Assembly: GCA_903892645.1 (NCBI GenBank)
Contig: CAITJF010000152.1
Span: 2,205 to 66,204, forward strand
DNA: 64,000 nucleotides
DNA from: an uncultured Nitrosomonadales bacterium
GTDB lineage: Bacteria; Pseudomonadota; Gammaproteobacteria; Burkholderiales; Gallionellaceae
Direction of reading: 5' to 3'
Part shown: positions 10,375 to 22,514 of the stretch, piece by piece
Layout of the letters: each line of letters opens with the position of its first letter
Position numbering within the stretch: the first letter of the stretch is position 1
The notes under the pieces: model-generated
What the model was told of the DNA's origin: nothing
Databases searched by the model: none
Seen by the model: only the letters and a program-made list of their open reading frames with translations
Made by a program: the position numbers and the translations under genes

Positions 10375-11777
10375 GTATCACCCTGAGCCATACGCTTTAC
10401 CAAACTCGGCACACCGCTGATCGAACCTGCACCCATGGTCACCACCACATCACCCGATCTGGCCATTTTCAAAATCGCTTGCGGCATGTCCTGTATCTGT
10501 TCGACGAACACAGCCTCACCCTGTCCAGCCACACGCACCGCATGCATCAACGTGCGCCCGTCCGCCGCCGCAATGGGGGCCTCACCCGCCGCATATACTT
10601 CTGCCAGCAGCAGCGCATCTACCCCGCCCAGTACCTTGACGAAATCCTCGAACAGATCGCGCGTGCGCGTGTGGCGATGCGGCTGGAATGCCAGCACCAA
10701 GCGCCGCCCCGGAAAGGCGCCGCGCACTGCGGCTATCGTGGCTGCCGTCTCGGCGGGATGGTGGCCGTAGTCATCTATCAGCGTAAACGTGCCGCCATCC
10801 ACCAGTGGAATTTCGCCATAGCGCTGGAAGCGCCGCCCAACGCCCTGGAACTCCGCCAGCGCGGCTACGATGTCATCTTCCGCCACGCCTACTTCCAGTC
10901 CCACGGCGATGGCTGCCAGCGCGTTAAGCACGTTGTGGGTGCCCGCCAGATTGAGCGTAATGTCCAAATTTACTGGCACGCTGTTGTGCCGGCACAGCGC
11001 GGTGAAGCGCATCTTCCCGCCCTCGTGGCGCACGTTGACCGCACGGATCTGCGCATCCTCGGCGAAACCGTAAGTGGTTACCGGCTTGCTGAGGCGCACC
11101 AGCAATTCGCGCACATTGGCATCGTCCACGCACAGTATGGCGCGGCCATAGAACGGCAGGCGCTCCAGGAAGTCCACGAATGCCTGCTTGAGCCGGCCAA
11201 AATCATGGCCGTAAGTTTCCATGTGGTCGGCATCGATGTTGGTGACCACTGCCAGGATGGGCGTCAGATAGAGGAATGAAGCATCGGACTCGTCCGCTTC
11301 GGCCACGATGAATTCGCCGGTTCCGAGTTTGGCATTGGTTCCGCTGCTGTTGAGGCGCCCGCCGATGACATAGGTCGGGTCGAAACCGCCTTTGGCCAGT
11401 ACGCTGGCCACCAGGCTGGTGGTAGTGGTCTTGCCATGAGTGCCCGCGATGGCGATGCCCTGGCGCAGCCGCATCAGCTCGGCCAGCATCATGGCGCGCG
11501 GCACTACCGGAATGTTGCGCGCACGCGCCGCCACCACTTCCGGATTATCGCTGCCGACAGCCGTAGACACCACCACTGCATCTGCGTTGGACAGATTCTG
11601 TTCGGCATGGCCCACATGCACTGCCGCACCAAGCTTCCGCAAACGCTGCGTGGCCGCGCTGTCGAACAGATCGGAGCCGCTCACCTGGTAGCCCAAATTG
11701 AGCAGCACTTCCGCGATGCCGTTCATGCCGGAGCCACCGATGCCCACGAAGTGAATGTTTTTAATTTTGTGTTTCAT
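10371..11777 (-). CDS. murC: UDP-N-acetylmuramate--L-alanine ligase
   Basis: The likely start is [18 protein letters not shown] at 11777, adjacent to the murG stop. Mur ligase P-loop [10 protein letters not shown]. Confidence 0.93.
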   Translation of the reverse strand: MKHKIKNIHFVGIGGSGMNGIAEVLLNLGYQVSGSDLFDSAATQRLRKLGAAVHVGHAEQNLSNADAVVVSTAVGSDNPEVVAARARNIPVVPRAMMLAELMRLRQGIAIAGTHGKTTTTSLVASVLAKGGFDPTYVIGGRLNSSGTNAKLGTGEFIVAEADESDASFLYLTPILAVVTNIDADHMETYGHDFGRLKQAFVDFLERLPFYGRAILCVDDANVRELLVRLSKPVTTYGFAEDAQIRAVNVRHEGGKMRFTALCRHNSVPVNLDITLNLAGTHNVLNALAAIAVGLEVGVAEDDIVAALAEFQGVGRRFQRYGEIPLVDGGTFTLIDDYGHHPAETAATIAAVRGAFPGRRLVLAFQPHRHTRTRDLFEDFVKVLGGVDALLLAEVYAAGEAPIAAADGRTLMHAVRVAGQGEAVFVEQIQDMPQAILKMARSGDVVVTMGAGSISGVPSLVKRMAQGDT

Positions 11778-12838
11778 GCTGCCGCCAATTCTGTGCACAC
11801 CTGTGCCACGCGTGATGCCGCTGCCGGTTGCGCCACTGCGCGTGCGGCCAGCGCCATGACCAATGCGTGTGCTCGTGTCATATCCTGCAACAAATCAGCC
11901 AAACGCTGCGGGGTCAATTCACTCTGCGGCAATAAAATCGCCGCGCCGTGTTCACTCAGAAAACGCGCATTGCCGGTCTGGTGGTCGTCCACCGCAAACG
12001 GGAATGGCACCAGAATGCTCGCCACACCTGCCGCTGCCAGTTCGGCAATAGTCAAGGCTCCGGCACGGCAGATCACTACATCGGCCCAGGCATAGTGGTG
12101 CGCCATATCCTCCAGAAAAGGTTTGATCTCGGCAGACACCCCTGCTTGTTGATAGGCTGCTTGCACCGTTTCCAAATGCTGTTTACCGGTTTGGTGCGTC
12201 ACGTTGGGACGCACGGCTTGCGGCAATAAAGCCAGCGCTTGCGGCACGCATTCGTTGATCGCTTTTGCGCCCAGGCTTCCGCCGACCACCAGCACATTGA
12301 GTACGCTGTTGCGTGCGGTATAGCGCTGCTGCGGTTCGGGCAGTGCGGCGATGCTGTCGCGCACCGGATTGCCGCACCACTCGGCGCCGGGCAGTACTTT
12401 CGGGAAACCGCTCAGCACGCGTTTGGCAAAATGCGCCAATGTCTTGTTGCTCAGCCCGGCAATCGAGTTTTGCTCATGAATGACCAGCGGGCGGCGCAAC
12501 AATGCAGCCATGATGCCACCGGGAAAGGTGATGTAACCGCCCATGCCCAGCACCACATCGGGACGATGGCGCAGCAGCGCAACCGCACTTTGCCACAGCG
12601 CCACCAACAGGTTGACGGGCAGCAGCAGCTTGCGCAGCAGCCCCTTGCCGCGCAGCCCGGAGAAGCGCACCCACGCCATTTCGTAACCATGTTTGGGCAC
12701 CAGATCGGCTTCCATGCTGTTGGGTGTGCCCAGCCAAGTGACGTGCCAACCCAGTGCGCGCAGGCAATCAGCGACGGCGAGGGCTGGGAATATATGGCCG
12801 CCGGTTCCACCAGCCATAATTAAAATATTACGGCTCAT
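11774..12838 (-). CDS. murG: Undecaprenyldiphospho-muramoylpentapeptide beta-N-acetylglucosaminyltransferase
   Basis: 354 aa. N-terminal [15 protein letters not shown] motif. A GAGGAG Shine-Dalgarno lies 7-8 nt upstream. Confidence 0.95.
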   Translation of the reverse strand: MSRNILIMAGGTGGHIFPALAVADCLRALGWHVTWLGTPNSMEADLVPKHGYEMAWVRFSGLRGKGLLRKLLLPVNLLVALWQSAVALLRHRPDVVLGMGGYITFPGGIMAALLRRPLVIHEQNSIAGLSNKTLAHFAKRVLSGFPKVLPGAEWCGNPVRDSIAALPEPQQRYTARNSVLNVLVVGGSLGAKAINECVPQALALLPQAVRPNVTHQTGKQHLETVQAAYQQAGVSAEIKPFLEDMAHHYAWADVVICRAGALTIAELAAAGVASILVPFPFAVDDHQTGNARFLSEHGAAILLPQSELTPQRLADLLQDMTRAHALVMALAARAVAQPAAASRVAQVCTELAAA

Positions 12839-12930
12839 ACATGTACTCCTCGCATGAGTCGCCTGTTTTGGCTACGCCGAAACCGCCGGATGATGCTTGC
12901 TGCATTCATCATTGCGATGACTGAATTCAT
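12835..12930 (-). CDS. 31-codon bridging micro-ORF between ftsW and murG (coding status uncertain)
   Basis: ATG 12930-12928 overlaps the ftsW TGA (ATGA). Its TGA 12837-12835 overlaps the murG ATG (ATGA). Peptide: [31 protein letters not shown]. Confidence 0.2.
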   Translation of the reverse strand: MNSVIAMMNAASIIRRFRRSQNRRLMRGVHV

Positions 12931-12960
12931 TTTGGCTGGCCTCTCATCATCCGGCGGTTT
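12880..12960 (-). other. Long RNA hairpin spanning the ftsW stop and the ftsW-murG spacer
   Basis: Perfect 16-bp inverted repeat AAACCGCCGGATGATG (12880-12895) / CATCATCCGGCGGTTT (12945-12960) with a 49-nt loop. The loop contains a nested TCATC/GATGA hairpin (12906-12920). Confidence 0.7.
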
Positions 12961-14090
12961 TCCCAGTCGATCCGCAGGAGTATCGCCGCTGCGATACAGT
13001 TCACCACCACGCCGCTGCCGCCGAAGCTGAGGAAGGGCAGAGTCAGACCCTTGGTGGGCAGCACGCCCATATTCACGCCGGCGTTGATCATCGCCTGCAT
13101 GCCCAACCATACGGCGATACCCTGCGCCAACAGCGCGGCGAAGCGGCGGTCGAGAAAGGCTGCCTGGCGACCGATGGCGAAGGCGCGAATGAGCAGGCCG
13201 GCAAACAGCACGATGACCGTGCCCACACCAACGAAGCCGAGTTCCTCGGCAATGACCGCGAGCAGAAAATCCGTGTGTGCTTCCGGCAGGTAAAACAATT
13301 TTTCCACGCTGGCGCCCAGCCCCACGCCGAACCACTCGCCGCGCCCGAAGGCGATCAGCGCATGGCTCAACTGGTAGCCCTTGCCAAAAGGGTCAGACCA
13401 CGGGTCCATGAAGCCGATGACGCGCTGCATGCGGTAGGGCGAGGAAATAATCAGCGCCGCAAACGCCAGCGGCAAGGCGAACACCAGCCCGCCGAATACC
13501 TTGAGATTGAAGCCGCCCAGCCATAGGGTGCACAACGCAATCGAGCAGATCACCACGAATGCGCCCATGTCCGGCTCCAGCAGCAGCAGCCAGCCAACCA
13601 GCACCATCACTGCGAACATCGGCAGGAATGCCTTGCCGAAAGTGTGTTTGACAATACCTTTGCGCACCGTGTAGTCGGCGGCATATAGCACGGCGAACAG
13701 CTTCATCAGTTCGGACGGTTGCAGGTTGACGACGAGCAGAGACAGCCAGCGGCGGCTGCCATTCACCGCACGGCCAATGCCGGGAATCAGCACCAGGATC
13801 AGCAGCACCACGCCCAGCATGAACAAGTAAGGCGCCAGTTTTTGCCAGGTTTGCACCGGTACCTGGAACGCCATCACCCCAGCCGCAATGCCGATGAAAA
13901 TAAACAGGCTGTGCCGGATCAGGTAATACGCGGGGTGGAAGCCGGTGAATTTGCTTTCCTCGGCGGTGGCGATGGAAGCCGAGTACACCATCACCAGTCC
14001 GATGGACAGCAGCGCGAGCACGATCCACGCCAGCATTTCGTCGTATTCCGCCAGCGCAGGGCGGGGGACGCTCAGGCTTGCGACGCGCAT
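12927..14090 (-). CDS. ftsW: Peptidoglycan glycosyltransferase FtsW (SEDS family)
   Basis: 387-aa polytopic membrane protein at the dcw position between murD and murG. Confidence 0.92.
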   Translation of the reverse strand: MRVASLSVPRPALAEYDEMLAWIVLALLSIGLVMVYSASIATAEESKFTGFHPAYYLIRHSLFIFIGIAAGVMAFQVPVQTWQKLAPYLFMLGVVLLILVLIPGIGRAVNGSRRWLSLLVVNLQPSELMKLFAVLYAADYTVRKGIVKHTFGKAFLPMFAVMVLVGWLLLLEPDMGAFVVICSIALCTLWLGGFNLKVFGGLVFALPLAFAALIISSPYRMQRVIGFMDPWSDPFGKGYQLSHALIAFGRGEWFGVGLGASVEKLFYLPEAHTDFLLAVIAEELGFVGVGTVIVLFAGLLIRAFAIGRQAAFLDRRFAALLAQGIAVWLGMQAMINAGVNMGVLPTKGLTLPFLSFGGSGVVVNCIAAAILLRIDWENRRMMRGQPK

Positions 14091-15463
14091 GCCGCCCCCA
14101 TTTGTAGTTTATGCACTGCGCCGACGAATACCTCGGCGCGATGCGCATAGTTGCGGAACATGTCGAAGCTGGCACAGGCCGGCGACAGCAGCACCGCATC
14201 ACCCGGCTGCGCCAACATAGCACTTTGCTGTACCGCATCAGCCATATTGCTGGCATGTACCACAGGCACATCGCAATTTTCCAATACCGCCGCGATCCTG
14301 TCCGCATCGCGTCCGATCAGCACCACCGCGCGCGCGTGTTGCGCCACCACCGGATTGAGCGGCGTAAAGTCCTGTCCCTTGCCGTCCCCGCCTGCTATCA
14401 ATATAGCGAGCCGCCCCAAGCCTTGCAGCGCGGCTACGGTAGCGCCGACATTGGTGCCCTTGGAATCGTCGTAATAGATCACGCCATTGATTTCCGCCAC
14501 CGGCTCCATGCGGTGCGGCAGGCCCTTGAAAGCGCGCAATGCATCCAGCAAGGGAGCTAGCGGCAAACCGCTGGCGCAGCATAGCGCCAGCGCAGCCAAC
14601 GCGTTCGCCACATTGTGCAACCCGGCCACTTGCAACTCATTGGCATTCAGCACGCGCTGTTGCCCCTGGGTTAACCAGATGTCGCTGCCGCTACGATCCA
14701 TGCCCCAGTCATGCTCGCTGAGTGGTTCATTCAAACCAAAGGTCACATGCTTGCGCCCCGGCAATACCATACCCAGGCTGCGTGCATCGTCGCGGTTAAG
14801 CACCTGCACGCCTGCACCCCGAAAAATACGCGCCTTGGCGGCCGCGTAGGCATCCATATCAGCATAACGGTCGAGATGATCTTCGCTGACATTCAGCACC
14901 GTGGCCGCATCGGCATTCAGGGAAGAAGTTGTTTCCAGCTGGAAGCTGGACAGTTCCAGCACCCATACATCCGGTTGCCGTTCACCACGCTGTAGCAGTG
15001 CATCCAGCGCCGCAGGTGAGATATTGCCGGCCACTGCCGCGTCCAGCCCCGCCGCACGGCACATCGCACCGACCATGCTGGTCACCGTGGTCTTGCCGTT
15101 GACGCCGGTGACGGCAATAACTTTTGGCCTCGGGTTTTGGGTTTCGAGTTGCCGGGCAAACAGCTCAATATCCCCAACCACCGGAATGCCGCGCGCAACA
15201 GCACGCGCCACGAATGTATCGGCCAGCGGCACGCCGGGGCTGATGGCAATCAAATCAACGTTGCTGAAAATTTCATCGCAGAATGCGCCGCAATGAATTT
15301 CCACCTGCGGCAATTCCATGCGCAAGGTGGCGAATGCGGGCGGCAACTTGCGGCTGTCGGCGACGCGCACGCGCGCACCCTGCGCCACCAGCCAGCGCGC
15401 GAGCGACAAACCGGTCTCACCGAGACCGAGCACCAGCACCGATTTGTTCGCCAATTCCATCAT
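14072..15463 (-). CDS. murD: UDP-N-acetylmuramoylalanine--D-glutamate ligase
   Basis: 463 aa. N-terminal Rossmann GLGETG and P-loop [12 protein letters not shown]. Confidence 0.94.
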   Translation of the reverse strand: MMELANKSVLVLGLGETGLSLARWLVAQGARVRVADSRKLPPAFATLRMELPQVEIHCGAFCDEIFSNVDLIAISPGVPLADTFVARAVARGIPVVGDIELFARQLETQNPRPKVIAVTGVNGKTTVTSMVGAMCRAAGLDAAVAGNISPAALDALLQRGERQPDVWVLELSSFQLETTSSLNADAATVLNVSEDHLDRYADMDAYAAAKARIFRGAGVQVLNRDDARSLGMVLPGRKHVTFGLNEPLSEHDWGMDRSGSDIWLTQGQQRVLNANELQVAGLHNVANALAALALCCASGLPLAPLLDALRAFKGLPHRMEPVAEINGVIYYDDSKGTNVGATVAALQGLGRLAILIAGGDGKGQDFTPLNPVVAQHARAVVLIGRDADRIAAVLENCDVPVVHASNMADAVQQSAMLAQPGDAVLLSPACASFDMFRNYAHRAEVFVGAVHKLQMGAACASQA

Positions 15464-16563
15464 CGCAATTTCAGCGTCGCCAATCCCACCAGCACCAGCA
15501 GCATGGTGATAATCCAGAACCGGACCACTACCTGCGTCTCTTTCCAGCCCTTCTGTTCGAAGTGATGGTGCAATGGCGCCATCAGCAGGATGCGCTTTCC
15601 TTTACCGTAAACTTTTTTGGTGTATTTGAAATACGATACTTGCAGCATCACCGAAACCGCCTCGACCACAAACACGCCGCCCATGATGAACAGCACCAGC
15701 TCCTGCCGGATGATCACTGCCACCGTTCCCAGCGCCGCGCCCAGCGCCAGCGCCCCCACGTCGCCCATGAACACTTCCGCCGGATAGGCGTTGAACCACA
15801 GGAAGGCCAGCCCCGCTCCGGCAATTGCGCTGCAGAACACCGCCAGCTCGCCCGCGCCGGGAACGTGCGGCACACCGAGATATTTGGCGAACACCGCATG
15901 GCCCGCGATATAAGCGAACAGGGCCAGCGCGCTGCTCACCATCACCGTGGGCATGATCGCCAACCCATCCAGACCATCGGTCAGATTCACCGCGTTGCTG
16001 CTGCCGACGATGACCAGATAAGTCAGCAAGATGAACAGGGTCGCGCCCAACGGGAACACCAGAAACTTGAAGAACGGCACGATGAGTTCGGTATGCGCAG
16101 GCAGGCTGGAATGCCGCCACAGGTACACCGCAACAACCAGCGCAATAATGGACTGCCAGGACATCTTGGTCCTGGCCGACAGACCCTTGGGATTGCGGTG
16201 CACCACCTTGCGGTAATCGTCCACCCAACCGATGGCGCCGAAACCCAGGGTGGTGAGCAGCGCCACCCATATATAGGGGTTGGTGAGGTCGCCCCACAAC
16301 AGCGTGGTGATGACTATCGAGGTGAGAATCAGCGCGCCGCCCATGGTCGGTGTCCCGGCCTTTACCAGATGGGTCTGCGGGCCGTCGTCGCGCACCGCCT
16401 GGCCGATCTTGTAGGCGGTCAGCTTGCGGATCATCATCGGCCCCACCATGAAGGAAATAAACAGCGCGGTCATCGCGGCCAGCACGGCGCGCAACGTGAT
16501 GTAGCCGAACACGTTGAACGTCCTGATGTCTTGCGCCAGCCATTGTGAGAGCGCCAGTAACAT
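15460..16563 (-). CDS. mraY: Phospho-N-acetylmuramoyl-pentapeptide transferase
   Basis: 367-aa polytopic membrane protein with [13 protein letters not shown] and [10 protein letters not shown] motifs. Confidence 0.95.
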   Translation of the reverse strand: MLLALSQWLAQDIRTFNVFGYITLRAVLAAMTALFISFMVGPMMIRKLTAYKIGQAVRDDGPQTHLVKAGTPTMGGALILTSIVITTLLWGDLTNPYIWVALLTTLGFGAIGWVDDYRKVVHRNPKGLSARTKMSWQSIIALVVAVYLWRHSSLPAHTELIVPFFKFLVFPLGATLFILLTYLVIVGSSNAVNLTDGLDGLAIMPTVMVSSALALFAYIAGHAVFAKYLGVPHVPGAGELAVFCSAIAGAGLAFLWFNAYPAEVFMGDVGALALGAALGTVAVIIRQELVLFIMGGVFVVEAVSVMLQVSYFKYTKKVYGKGKRILLMAPLHHHFEQKGWKETQVVVRFWIITMLLVLVGLATLKLR

Positions 16564-16571
16564 AACCCCCC

Positions 16572-17933
16572 TTATTGCGGCGCGGTGCAGTGCTGCACCA
16601 CCCGCTCCATGCGCATGAAACGCGAACCCTTTACCAGCACCGTGCTGCCTGCGCCCATATTTTTGTCCAGCGCGGCGAGCAAATCCTCAATGCGTTCAAA
16701 ATGGCGCGCACCCGCGCCGAATTCATGCACGGTATGGGCAGTCAATTCCCCGAGCGCCAGCAACTCGTCCACCCCCAAGCGGCGGGCTTCCGCGCCGATC
16801 TCGCCATGCAGGCGCACCGCAGCGGCCCCCAGTTCGCCCATGTCGCCCAGCACCAAAATTTTCTTGCCGGCAGCCTGCGCCAGCACCTTGAGTGCGGCGT
16901 GCAGCGAGGCAGGGTTGGCGTTGTAGCTGTCGTCGATCAGCACTGCACCGTGCAACGCTGTCTTGCGCTGCAAGCGCCCGCCTACGCCGCAAAATTTTTC
17001 CAGCCCCGCCGCAATATCGGCCAGGCCTATGTGCAGAGCCGCTGCCGCTGCGGTGGCGGCCAGCGCGTTGCGCACGTTGTGCACTCCAGGCACCTGCAAC
17101 TTTGCGCTGAAGCTGCCCTGCGGCGTGCTCACTTCGATGTGCGCGCCATGCCCTTGCGGCTGCCATTGCGCATGGACTGCCACATGGCGTTCCATGCCGA
17201 ATTCAATCACCGCATGGGTGCCTGCCAGCTCGCGCCACAGCGGGGCATGGGCATCGTCAGCGTTGATCACCGCGATACCGTTATCCGGCAAGCCTGAAAA
17301 AATCTCCCCCTTGGCGCGCGCCACCGCATCCACCGAGCCGAGTCCGGCCAGGTGCGCGCTGCCCGCATTGTTGACGACGGCCACATCCGGGCGCGCCAGG
17401 CGCGCCAGGTAATCAATTTCGCCGGGATGGTTCATGCCCATCTCGATCACCGCATAGCGGTGTGTGGCGCGCAGCTTCAGCAGCATGAGCGGCATGCCGA
17501 TGTCGTTATTCAAATTCCCTTGCGTCGCCAATACCGCATCCGTGCTGCCCGCCGCGCTGCGCAAGATACCCGCCAGCATTTCCTTCACCGTGGTTTTGCC
17601 GTTGCTGCCGGTCACCGCCACCAGCGGAATATCAAACCGCCCACGCCAATGCGCCGCCAGACGCCCCAGGGCGAGACGCGTGTCCTCCACCAGCAACAGC
17701 GGGCACGGCGGCTCGACGCCGTGATAGCTTGACGCGTTTACCAGCGCAGCCACCGCACCGCTTTGCGCGGCACCGGCGACGAATTCGCTGCCGTCAAAAT
17801 TTTCCCCTTGCAGCGCCACGAACAAATCGCCGGGAGCAATCTTGCGGCTGTCGCTGGATACGGCGGTGAACAGCGTATTCTGGCCGATCAGTTTGCCGCC
17901 TAATACCTGCGCAGCTTGTGACAGCAGCATCAT
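16572..17933 (-). CDS. murF: UDP-N-acetylmuramoyl-tripeptide--D-alanyl-D-alanine ligase
   Basis: 453 aa. P-loop [12 protein letters not shown]. Its start overlaps the murE stop (ATGA). Confidence 0.94.
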   Translation of the reverse strand: MMLLSQAAQVLGGKLIGQNTLFTAVSSDSRKIAPGDLFVALQGENFDGSEFVAGAAQSGAVAALVNASSYHGVEPPCPLLLVEDTRLALGRLAAHWRGRFDIPLVAVTGSNGKTTVKEMLAGILRSAAGSTDAVLATQGNLNNDIGMPLMLLKLRATHRYAVIEMGMNHPGEIDYLARLARPDVAVVNNAGSAHLAGLGSVDAVARAKGEIFSGLPDNGIAVINADDAHAPLWRELAGTHAVIEFGMERHVAVHAQWQPQGHGAHIEVSTPQGSFSAKLQVPGVHNVRNALAATAAAAALHIGLADIAAGLEKFCGVGGRLQRKTALHGAVLIDDSYNANPASLHAALKVLAQAAGKKILVLGDMGELGAAAVRLHGEIGAEARRLGVDELLALGELTAHTVHEFGAGARHFERIEDLLAALDKNMGAGSTVLVKGSRFMRMERVVQHCTAPQ

Positions 17934-19543
17934 TCCTTAATGCCCCGAATGTCCTGAACCTGTCGAAGGACGTGCCAGGCTTGCAGCGCGCGTTGCGCCA
18001 CCTCGGTATCGCTGAACGGATACTTCACGCCATTGATTTCCTGATAGGGCTCATGCCCCTTGCCCGCTACCAGCACGGTGTCTGTCGCCCGCGCATGGAC
18101 GATGGCTTGTTCAATCGCCTGTGTGCGGTCTTCAATGATTTGATAATTCCATTTGCCCATGCCGGAAACGATGGCAGCGATAATGTCGCGCGGCTCCTCA
18201 TTGCGCGGGTTATCGCTGGTAACAATGCAGCTATCCGCCAGCCTGGCCGCGATGGTGCCCATCATCGGGCGCTTGCCCCGGTCGCGGTCGCCGCCGCAAC
18301 CGAACACGCAAATCAGCTTGCCGCCGCTGGCCTCGGCTACTTCACGCAAGGCCTGCAACACTTTTTCCAAGGCATCCGGGGTATGCGCATAATCCACCAC
18401 AACAGATGGGCATCCATCCCCGCCAAGCGTCTGCATGCGCCCTGGCACTGCCTGCACCCGCGCCAGTTCGCGCAGTGCATCGTCCAGTGCTATCCCGCTC
18501 AGCAATAACACCGCCAGCACCCCGAGCAGATTGGCGGCATTGAATCGCCCAAGCAGCGCACTGCGTAGCACAGCGCCACCCCAACTGGAATGCACTTGCA
18601 GGCTGAGTCCTTGCGCATCCATATGCAGCGCGCCGCCATATACCATGCGCAGGCCGAGGCGTTCCGCCAGCGCCAGCGCGGCGTCGCTCAAGCCATAACC
18701 CACCACCTCCACTTCCACATCCTGCTGCGAGAGGGTGGCGGCAGAGCCGCCGGGCACCCCCCGGCGTACCTCTTGCAGGTGCAACTGTTCGGCAAGCTCC
18801 GCGCCGAATGTGTCATCCAGGTTGAGCACGGCATACTTGAGCTGTTGCCAGTCGAACAAACGGCGCTTGGCCGCCGCGTAATGCTGCATGTTGCCGTGGT
18901 AATCCAGATGGTCGCGGCTGAGGTTGGTGAGCAGTGCCACGTCAAATTTCACGCCATTCGCGCGCCCTTGTTCCAGAGCATGGGAGGACACTTCCATCGC
19001 CACTGCCTGGGCGCCTTGCACCAGATAATCGGCCAGCAATCCATGCAAGTTGACGGCATCGGGTGTGGTGTTCAACGCAGGCTGCAAGGCGCCAAAAAAG
19101 CCATTGCCCAATGTGCCGACCAGCGCAGTTTTCTTGTTCAGCGCACCGAAGGATTGTGCGATCCAGTGGCTGCATGAAGTCTTGCCGTTGGTGCCGGTGA
19201 CACCCACCACCCACAATTTTCCGGAGGGGTTGCCGTAAACGTAATCGGCGATTTCTCCCGCGCGCTGACGCAGGCCGGCAACCGCCAGATAAGGCACTTG
19301 CCATGCCCCGTTCCAGCTGAAGCAGTGCGCCTCCCAGATCACTGCATTTGCGCCATTGGCGATGGCCTGCGCAATGAACAGACGCCCATCCGCTTTATCA
19401 CCGGGATAGGCGACGAAGGTGTCGCCCGGTTTTACTGCGCGGCTATCCGTCACCAACCGTGTGATCGTCACACCAAGAGAGGCGAGCAGTTCAGGATGGA
19501 AGCCTGTTTTGAGCGCTGTTTGGTTTTGAGTCGAAGGACTCAT
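17930..19543 (-). CDS. murE: UDP-N-acetylmuramoyl-L-alanyl-D-glutamate--2,6-diaminopimelate ligase
   Basis: 537 aa. P-loop GVTGTNGKTSCS and the DNPR motif (TSDNPRNE). Confidence 0.93.
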   Translation of the reverse strand: MSPSTQNQTALKTGFHPELLASLGVTITRLVTDSRAVKPGDTFVAYPGDKADGRLFIAQAIANGANAVIWEAHCFSWNGAWQVPYLAVAGLRQRAGEIADYVYGNPSGKLWVVGVTGTNGKTSCSHWIAQSFGALNKKTALVGTLGNGFFGALQPALNTTPDAVNLHGLLADYLVQGAQAVAMEVSSHALEQGRANGVKFDVALLTNLSRDHLDYHGNMQHYAAAKRRLFDWQQLKYAVLNLDDTFGAELAEQLHLQEVRRGVPGGSAATLSQQDVEVEVVGYGLSDAALALAERLGLRMVYGGALHMDAQGLSLQVHSSWGGAVLRSALLGRFNAANLLGVLAVLLLSGIALDDALRELARVQAVPGRMQTLGGDGCPSVVVDYAHTPDALEKVLQALREVAEASGGKLICVFGCGGDRDRGKRPMMGTIAARLADSCIVTSDNPRNEEPRDIIAAIVSGMGKWNYQIIEDRTQAIEQAIVHARATDTVLVAGKGHEPYQEINGVKYPFSDTEVAQRALQAWHVLRQVQDIRGIKE

Positions 19544-21270
19544 GCCTCCTCCTTGATAATGTCAGCGGGCGGCATCATCACATTGCCGAGCGGCGCATCA
19601 TTGGGCACGTTGAGCAGGCGCAACGCCGAGCCCATCACATTGCTGAACACTGGCGCAGCGACCTGGCCGCCATAGTATTGCTCGCCGCTTGGCTCGTTGA
19701 TCATCACCGCCACGATCAGGCGCGGGTTGGACGCGGGCGCCAGCCCGACAAACGAGGCGATATAGCGGTTAACATAATGTCCGCCTTCCAATTTATGTGC
19801 TGTGCCGGTTTTGCCCGCCACGCGGTAACCGTTGATCTGCGCCAGCGGCGCGGTTCCGCCGGGCTTGACCACCAGCTCCAGCATGTCGCGTACCGCGCGT
19901 GCCGTGGCCTGGGAATACACCTTCTTGCCGACAGTCGGCACATCCTGCTTGAGCAGCGTCACTAATTTCAGGTCGCCGTCGTTGGCGAATACGGTATAGG
20001 CGCGCGCCAGTTGCAGCAGGTTGACCGAGATGCCGTTGCCATATGACATGGTGGCTTGCTCGATGGGTTGCCATTTTTTGTAATCGCGCAGCCTACCCGC
20101 CGCCTCGCCGGGAAACGCACTGCCGGTTTGCGCGCCGAAGCCGGTTTCGCTCAGACTGCGCCAGAAGGTTTCAGGCGGCAGCGACAGCGCGATCTTGGCC
20201 GCGCCCACGTTGCTGGATTTCTGGATTACCTGCGACACGGTGAGCGTTGCTTCCGGGTGGGTGTCATGAATCTTGCGCCCGCCAACGGCGAATACGCCGT
20301 TCTCGGTGTTAATGACGGTCTGTGGCGTTACCTTGCCCGCCTCCAGCGCAGCCGCCACGGTAAACGGCTTCATCGTGGAGCCCGGCTCGAACAGGTCAGT
20401 CACCGCATGGTTGCGCAACACCTTGAGGTTAGGTTTGTCGCGGTTGTTGGGGTTGTAACTCGGCCAATTGGCCAGCGCCAGCACCTCGCCACTCTTTGCA
20501 TCCAGCACCACGATGGAACCCGCCTTGGCGTTATGCTGCTCGACCGCCAGCTTGATCTCGCGGTAAGCCAGATACTGCATCTTGCTGTCTATGCTCAGCG
20601 CCAGGTCGCTACCCGGCTTGGGCGCGCGTATGCTGGCCACGTCTTCGACGATATGCCCGCGCCTGTCCTTGATGACGCGCTGGCTGCCGGCCTTGCCGCC
20701 AAGCTGATCCTGTAATGCCAGCTCGATACCCTCCTGCCCATTGTCGTCCACATCGGTGAAGCCCAGCAGATGCGCCGTCACATCCGCCTCTGGATAATAG
20801 CGGCGGTATTCACGGCGTAGCGACACGCCCGGCACTCCCAGCTTCACGATCTTTTCCGCCTGCTCGGGCGGCAGTTGGCGCTTGAGATAAACGAAATCGC
20901 GCGAGGTATCGAACAAACGGTTTTTCACTTCTTCGACATCCATGCCCACGATCTGCGCCAACTTTTTCACTTGTTGCGGTGTCGCCTCCACATCCTGCGG
21001 GCTGACCCAGATGGATTCCACTGGCGTGCTGATGGCGAGCGGTTCGCTATAGCGGTCGGTAATCATGCCACGGTGCGCATTAATGTCGACGACACGGCCA
21101 TAACGCGCATCACCTTTCTGTTGCAGGAAGTCGTTGTGTATGCCTTGCAGGTACACCGCGCGCACCATCAGCGCGCACAGGCCCAGCAGCAGCAGCACAA
21201 ACAACAGACGGGAACGCCACGGCGGTAATTCCTTGAGCCCTGTCGTCTGTATGCCGCTGGCGTAATTCAT
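19540..21270 (-). CDS. ftsI: Division-specific transpeptidase PBP3/FtsI
   Basis: 576 aa. N-terminal TM helix and the penicillin-binding motifs STMKPF, SSN and KTGT. Confidence 0.94.
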   Translation of the reverse strand: MNYASGIQTTGLKELPPWRSRLLFVLLLLGLCALMVRAVYLQGIHNDFLQQKGDARYGRVVDINAHRGMITDRYSEPLAISTPVESIWVSPQDVEATPQQVKKLAQIVGMDVEEVKNRLFDTSRDFVYLKRQLPPEQAEKIVKLGVPGVSLRREYRRYYPEADVTAHLLGFTDVDDNGQEGIELALQDQLGGKAGSQRVIKDRRGHIVEDVASIRAPKPGSDLALSIDSKMQYLAYREIKLAVEQHNAKAGSIVVLDAKSGEVLALANWPSYNPNNRDKPNLKVLRNHAVTDLFEPGSTMKPFTVAAALEAGKVTPQTVINTENGVFAVGGRKIHDTHPEATLTVSQVIQKSSNVGAAKIALSLPPETFWRSLSETGFGAQTGSAFPGEAAGRLRDYKKWQPIEQATMSYGNGISVNLLQLARAYTVFANDGDLKLVTLLKQDVPTVGKKVYSQATARAVRDMLELVVKPGGTAPLAQINGYRVAGKTGTAHKLEGGHYVNRYIASFVGLAPASNPRLIVAVMINEPSGEQYYGGQVAAPVFSNVMGSALRLLNVPNDAPLGNVMMPPADIIKEEA

Positions 21271-21584
21271 GGTTGCGTTGCTAGCCCTTTCAACTGTTCG
21301 CCACGGATAAACTGAATCTGCCCGCTCTTCGGCAACTGCATCTGCAACTTGGCCCCGGCGATCTTTTCCACGCGCACCGGCATCGCCCAGGTACTCTGCT
21401 CAAGCTGCAACTGGCCCCATTCCACTTCCATCCGTTGCGCCTCGTCTTTTTCTTTTTGCAGTTCGGTAAACAATTTGCGCGCCTTGTGCTGTGAAGTCAC
21501 CACACCCAACGCGCAAGCGATCACCACAAGCAGGAGCAACAGGTGCGATCTAGCCACCCGCGTCTCCCGCGTACTCGGCCACAC
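21267..21584 (-). CDS. ftsL: Cell division protein FtsL (start codon uncertain)
   Basis: Small bitopic protein ([17 protein letters not shown] followed by a coiled-coil) between rsmH and ftsI. The track start overlaps the rsmH 3' end. Confidence 0.65.
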   Translation of the reverse strand: MWPSTRETRVARSHLLLLLVVIACALGVVTSQHKARKLFTELQKEKDEAQRMEVEWGQLQLEQSTWAMPVRVEKIAGAKLQMQLPKSGQIQFIRGEQLKGLATQP

Positions 21585-22509
21585 GCATCACCGCACTGCG
21601 CGCACGCGGGTTTACTGCCACCTCCTGCGGCGCAGCGCGCAACGCCTTGCCAACCAAACGCAGCCTGCCCTTGGGTACCTCGGCGGCGCGGATCGGCAGC
21701 TTGTGCGGCAGCTTGTCGCCCTGTGCCATGTCGCGCAAAAAATGCTTCACCATGCGGTCTTCCAGCGAATGGAAGCTGATAATCACGATGCGCCCTTCCG
21801 GTCTCAGGCAATCCACGCATTGCGGCAAAATCCGCGCAAGCTCTTCGAGTTCCTGATTGAGATAAATCCGTATAGCCTGAAAGGTGCGCGTTGCCGGATT
21901 TTTCCCGGGCTCACGCGTGCGCACAGCCTTGGCGACGATTTCACTGAGTTGGTGCGTGGTAACGATGGGCTGTTCCTGGCGCGCCGCAACAAGCGCTCTT
22001 GCAATCTGTTTAGCAAACCGTTCCTCGCCGAAGTCACGTATCACCTCCCCAAGCAAACCTTCTTCTACCGAAGCCAGCCACTGCGCTGCGGTTTGCCCGC
22101 TGCTGGTGTCCATGCGCATGTCCAGCGGCGCATCAAAACGAAAACTGAACCCGCGCTGTTTGTCGTCCAGCTGCGGCGACGACATGCCCAAATCGAGTAG
22201 CACGCCATCCACTTTTTCAACTGACAACCTGTGCAGTACTTCGGCCAAATGCGCGAACCCGCTATGCACCATGATGAAACGCGGATCTGCAATCGCTTGC
22301 CCTGCTGCCACTGCCGCCGGGTCTTTGTCCAGCGCAATCAAGCGGCCATGCGCGCCCAGTTTTTCCAGAATCAACCGGCTATGTCCGCCGCGCCCGAAAG
22401 TGCCGTCCACATAAACACCTTCCGGTTTCACCTGCAACGCTTCGGCTGCTTCGTGCAACAACACCGTTTCATGCAATACTTTGGGCGCGTGGGGCAAGCC
22501 CACACTCAT
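21550..22509 (-). CDS. rsmH: 16S rRNA (cytosine1402-N4)-methyltransferase
   Basis: 319 aa. [14 protein letters not shown]-binding motif. Position after mraZ. Confidence 0.94.
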   Translation of the reverse strand: MSVGLPHAPKVLHETVLLHEAAEALQVKPEGVYVDGTFGRGGHSRLILEKLGAHGRLIALDKDPAAVAAGQAIADPRFIMVHSGFAHLAEVLHRLSVEKVDGVLLDLGMSSPQLDDKQRGFSFRFDAPLDMRMDTSSGQTAAQWLASVEEGLLGEVIRDFGEERFAKQIARALVAARQEQPIVTTHQLSEIVAKAVRTREPGKNPATRTFQAIRIYLNQELEELARILPQCVDCLRPEGRIVIISFHSLEDRMVKHFLRDMAQGDKLPHKLPIRAAEVPKGRLRLVGKALRAAPQEVAVNPRARSAVMRVAEYAGDAGG

Positions 22510-22514
22510 AAAAA

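Noticed and set aside
12931-13335. The full 166-aa ORF 12835..13335 as a protein
   Set aside because: All but its last 31 codons lie inside ftsW in another frame. Only the terminal 31-codon stretch in the ftsW-murG spacer is worth attention.
15283-16548. 421-aa + strand ORF, plus many similar long ORFs opposite or out of frame with dcw genes (e.g. 13393..14307, 10353..11279, 15602..16543)
   Set aside because: They overlap well-supported mur/fts/mraY genes, and their compositions are dominated by R, A, G, H and Q with no motifs. These are GC-driven open frames, not genes.
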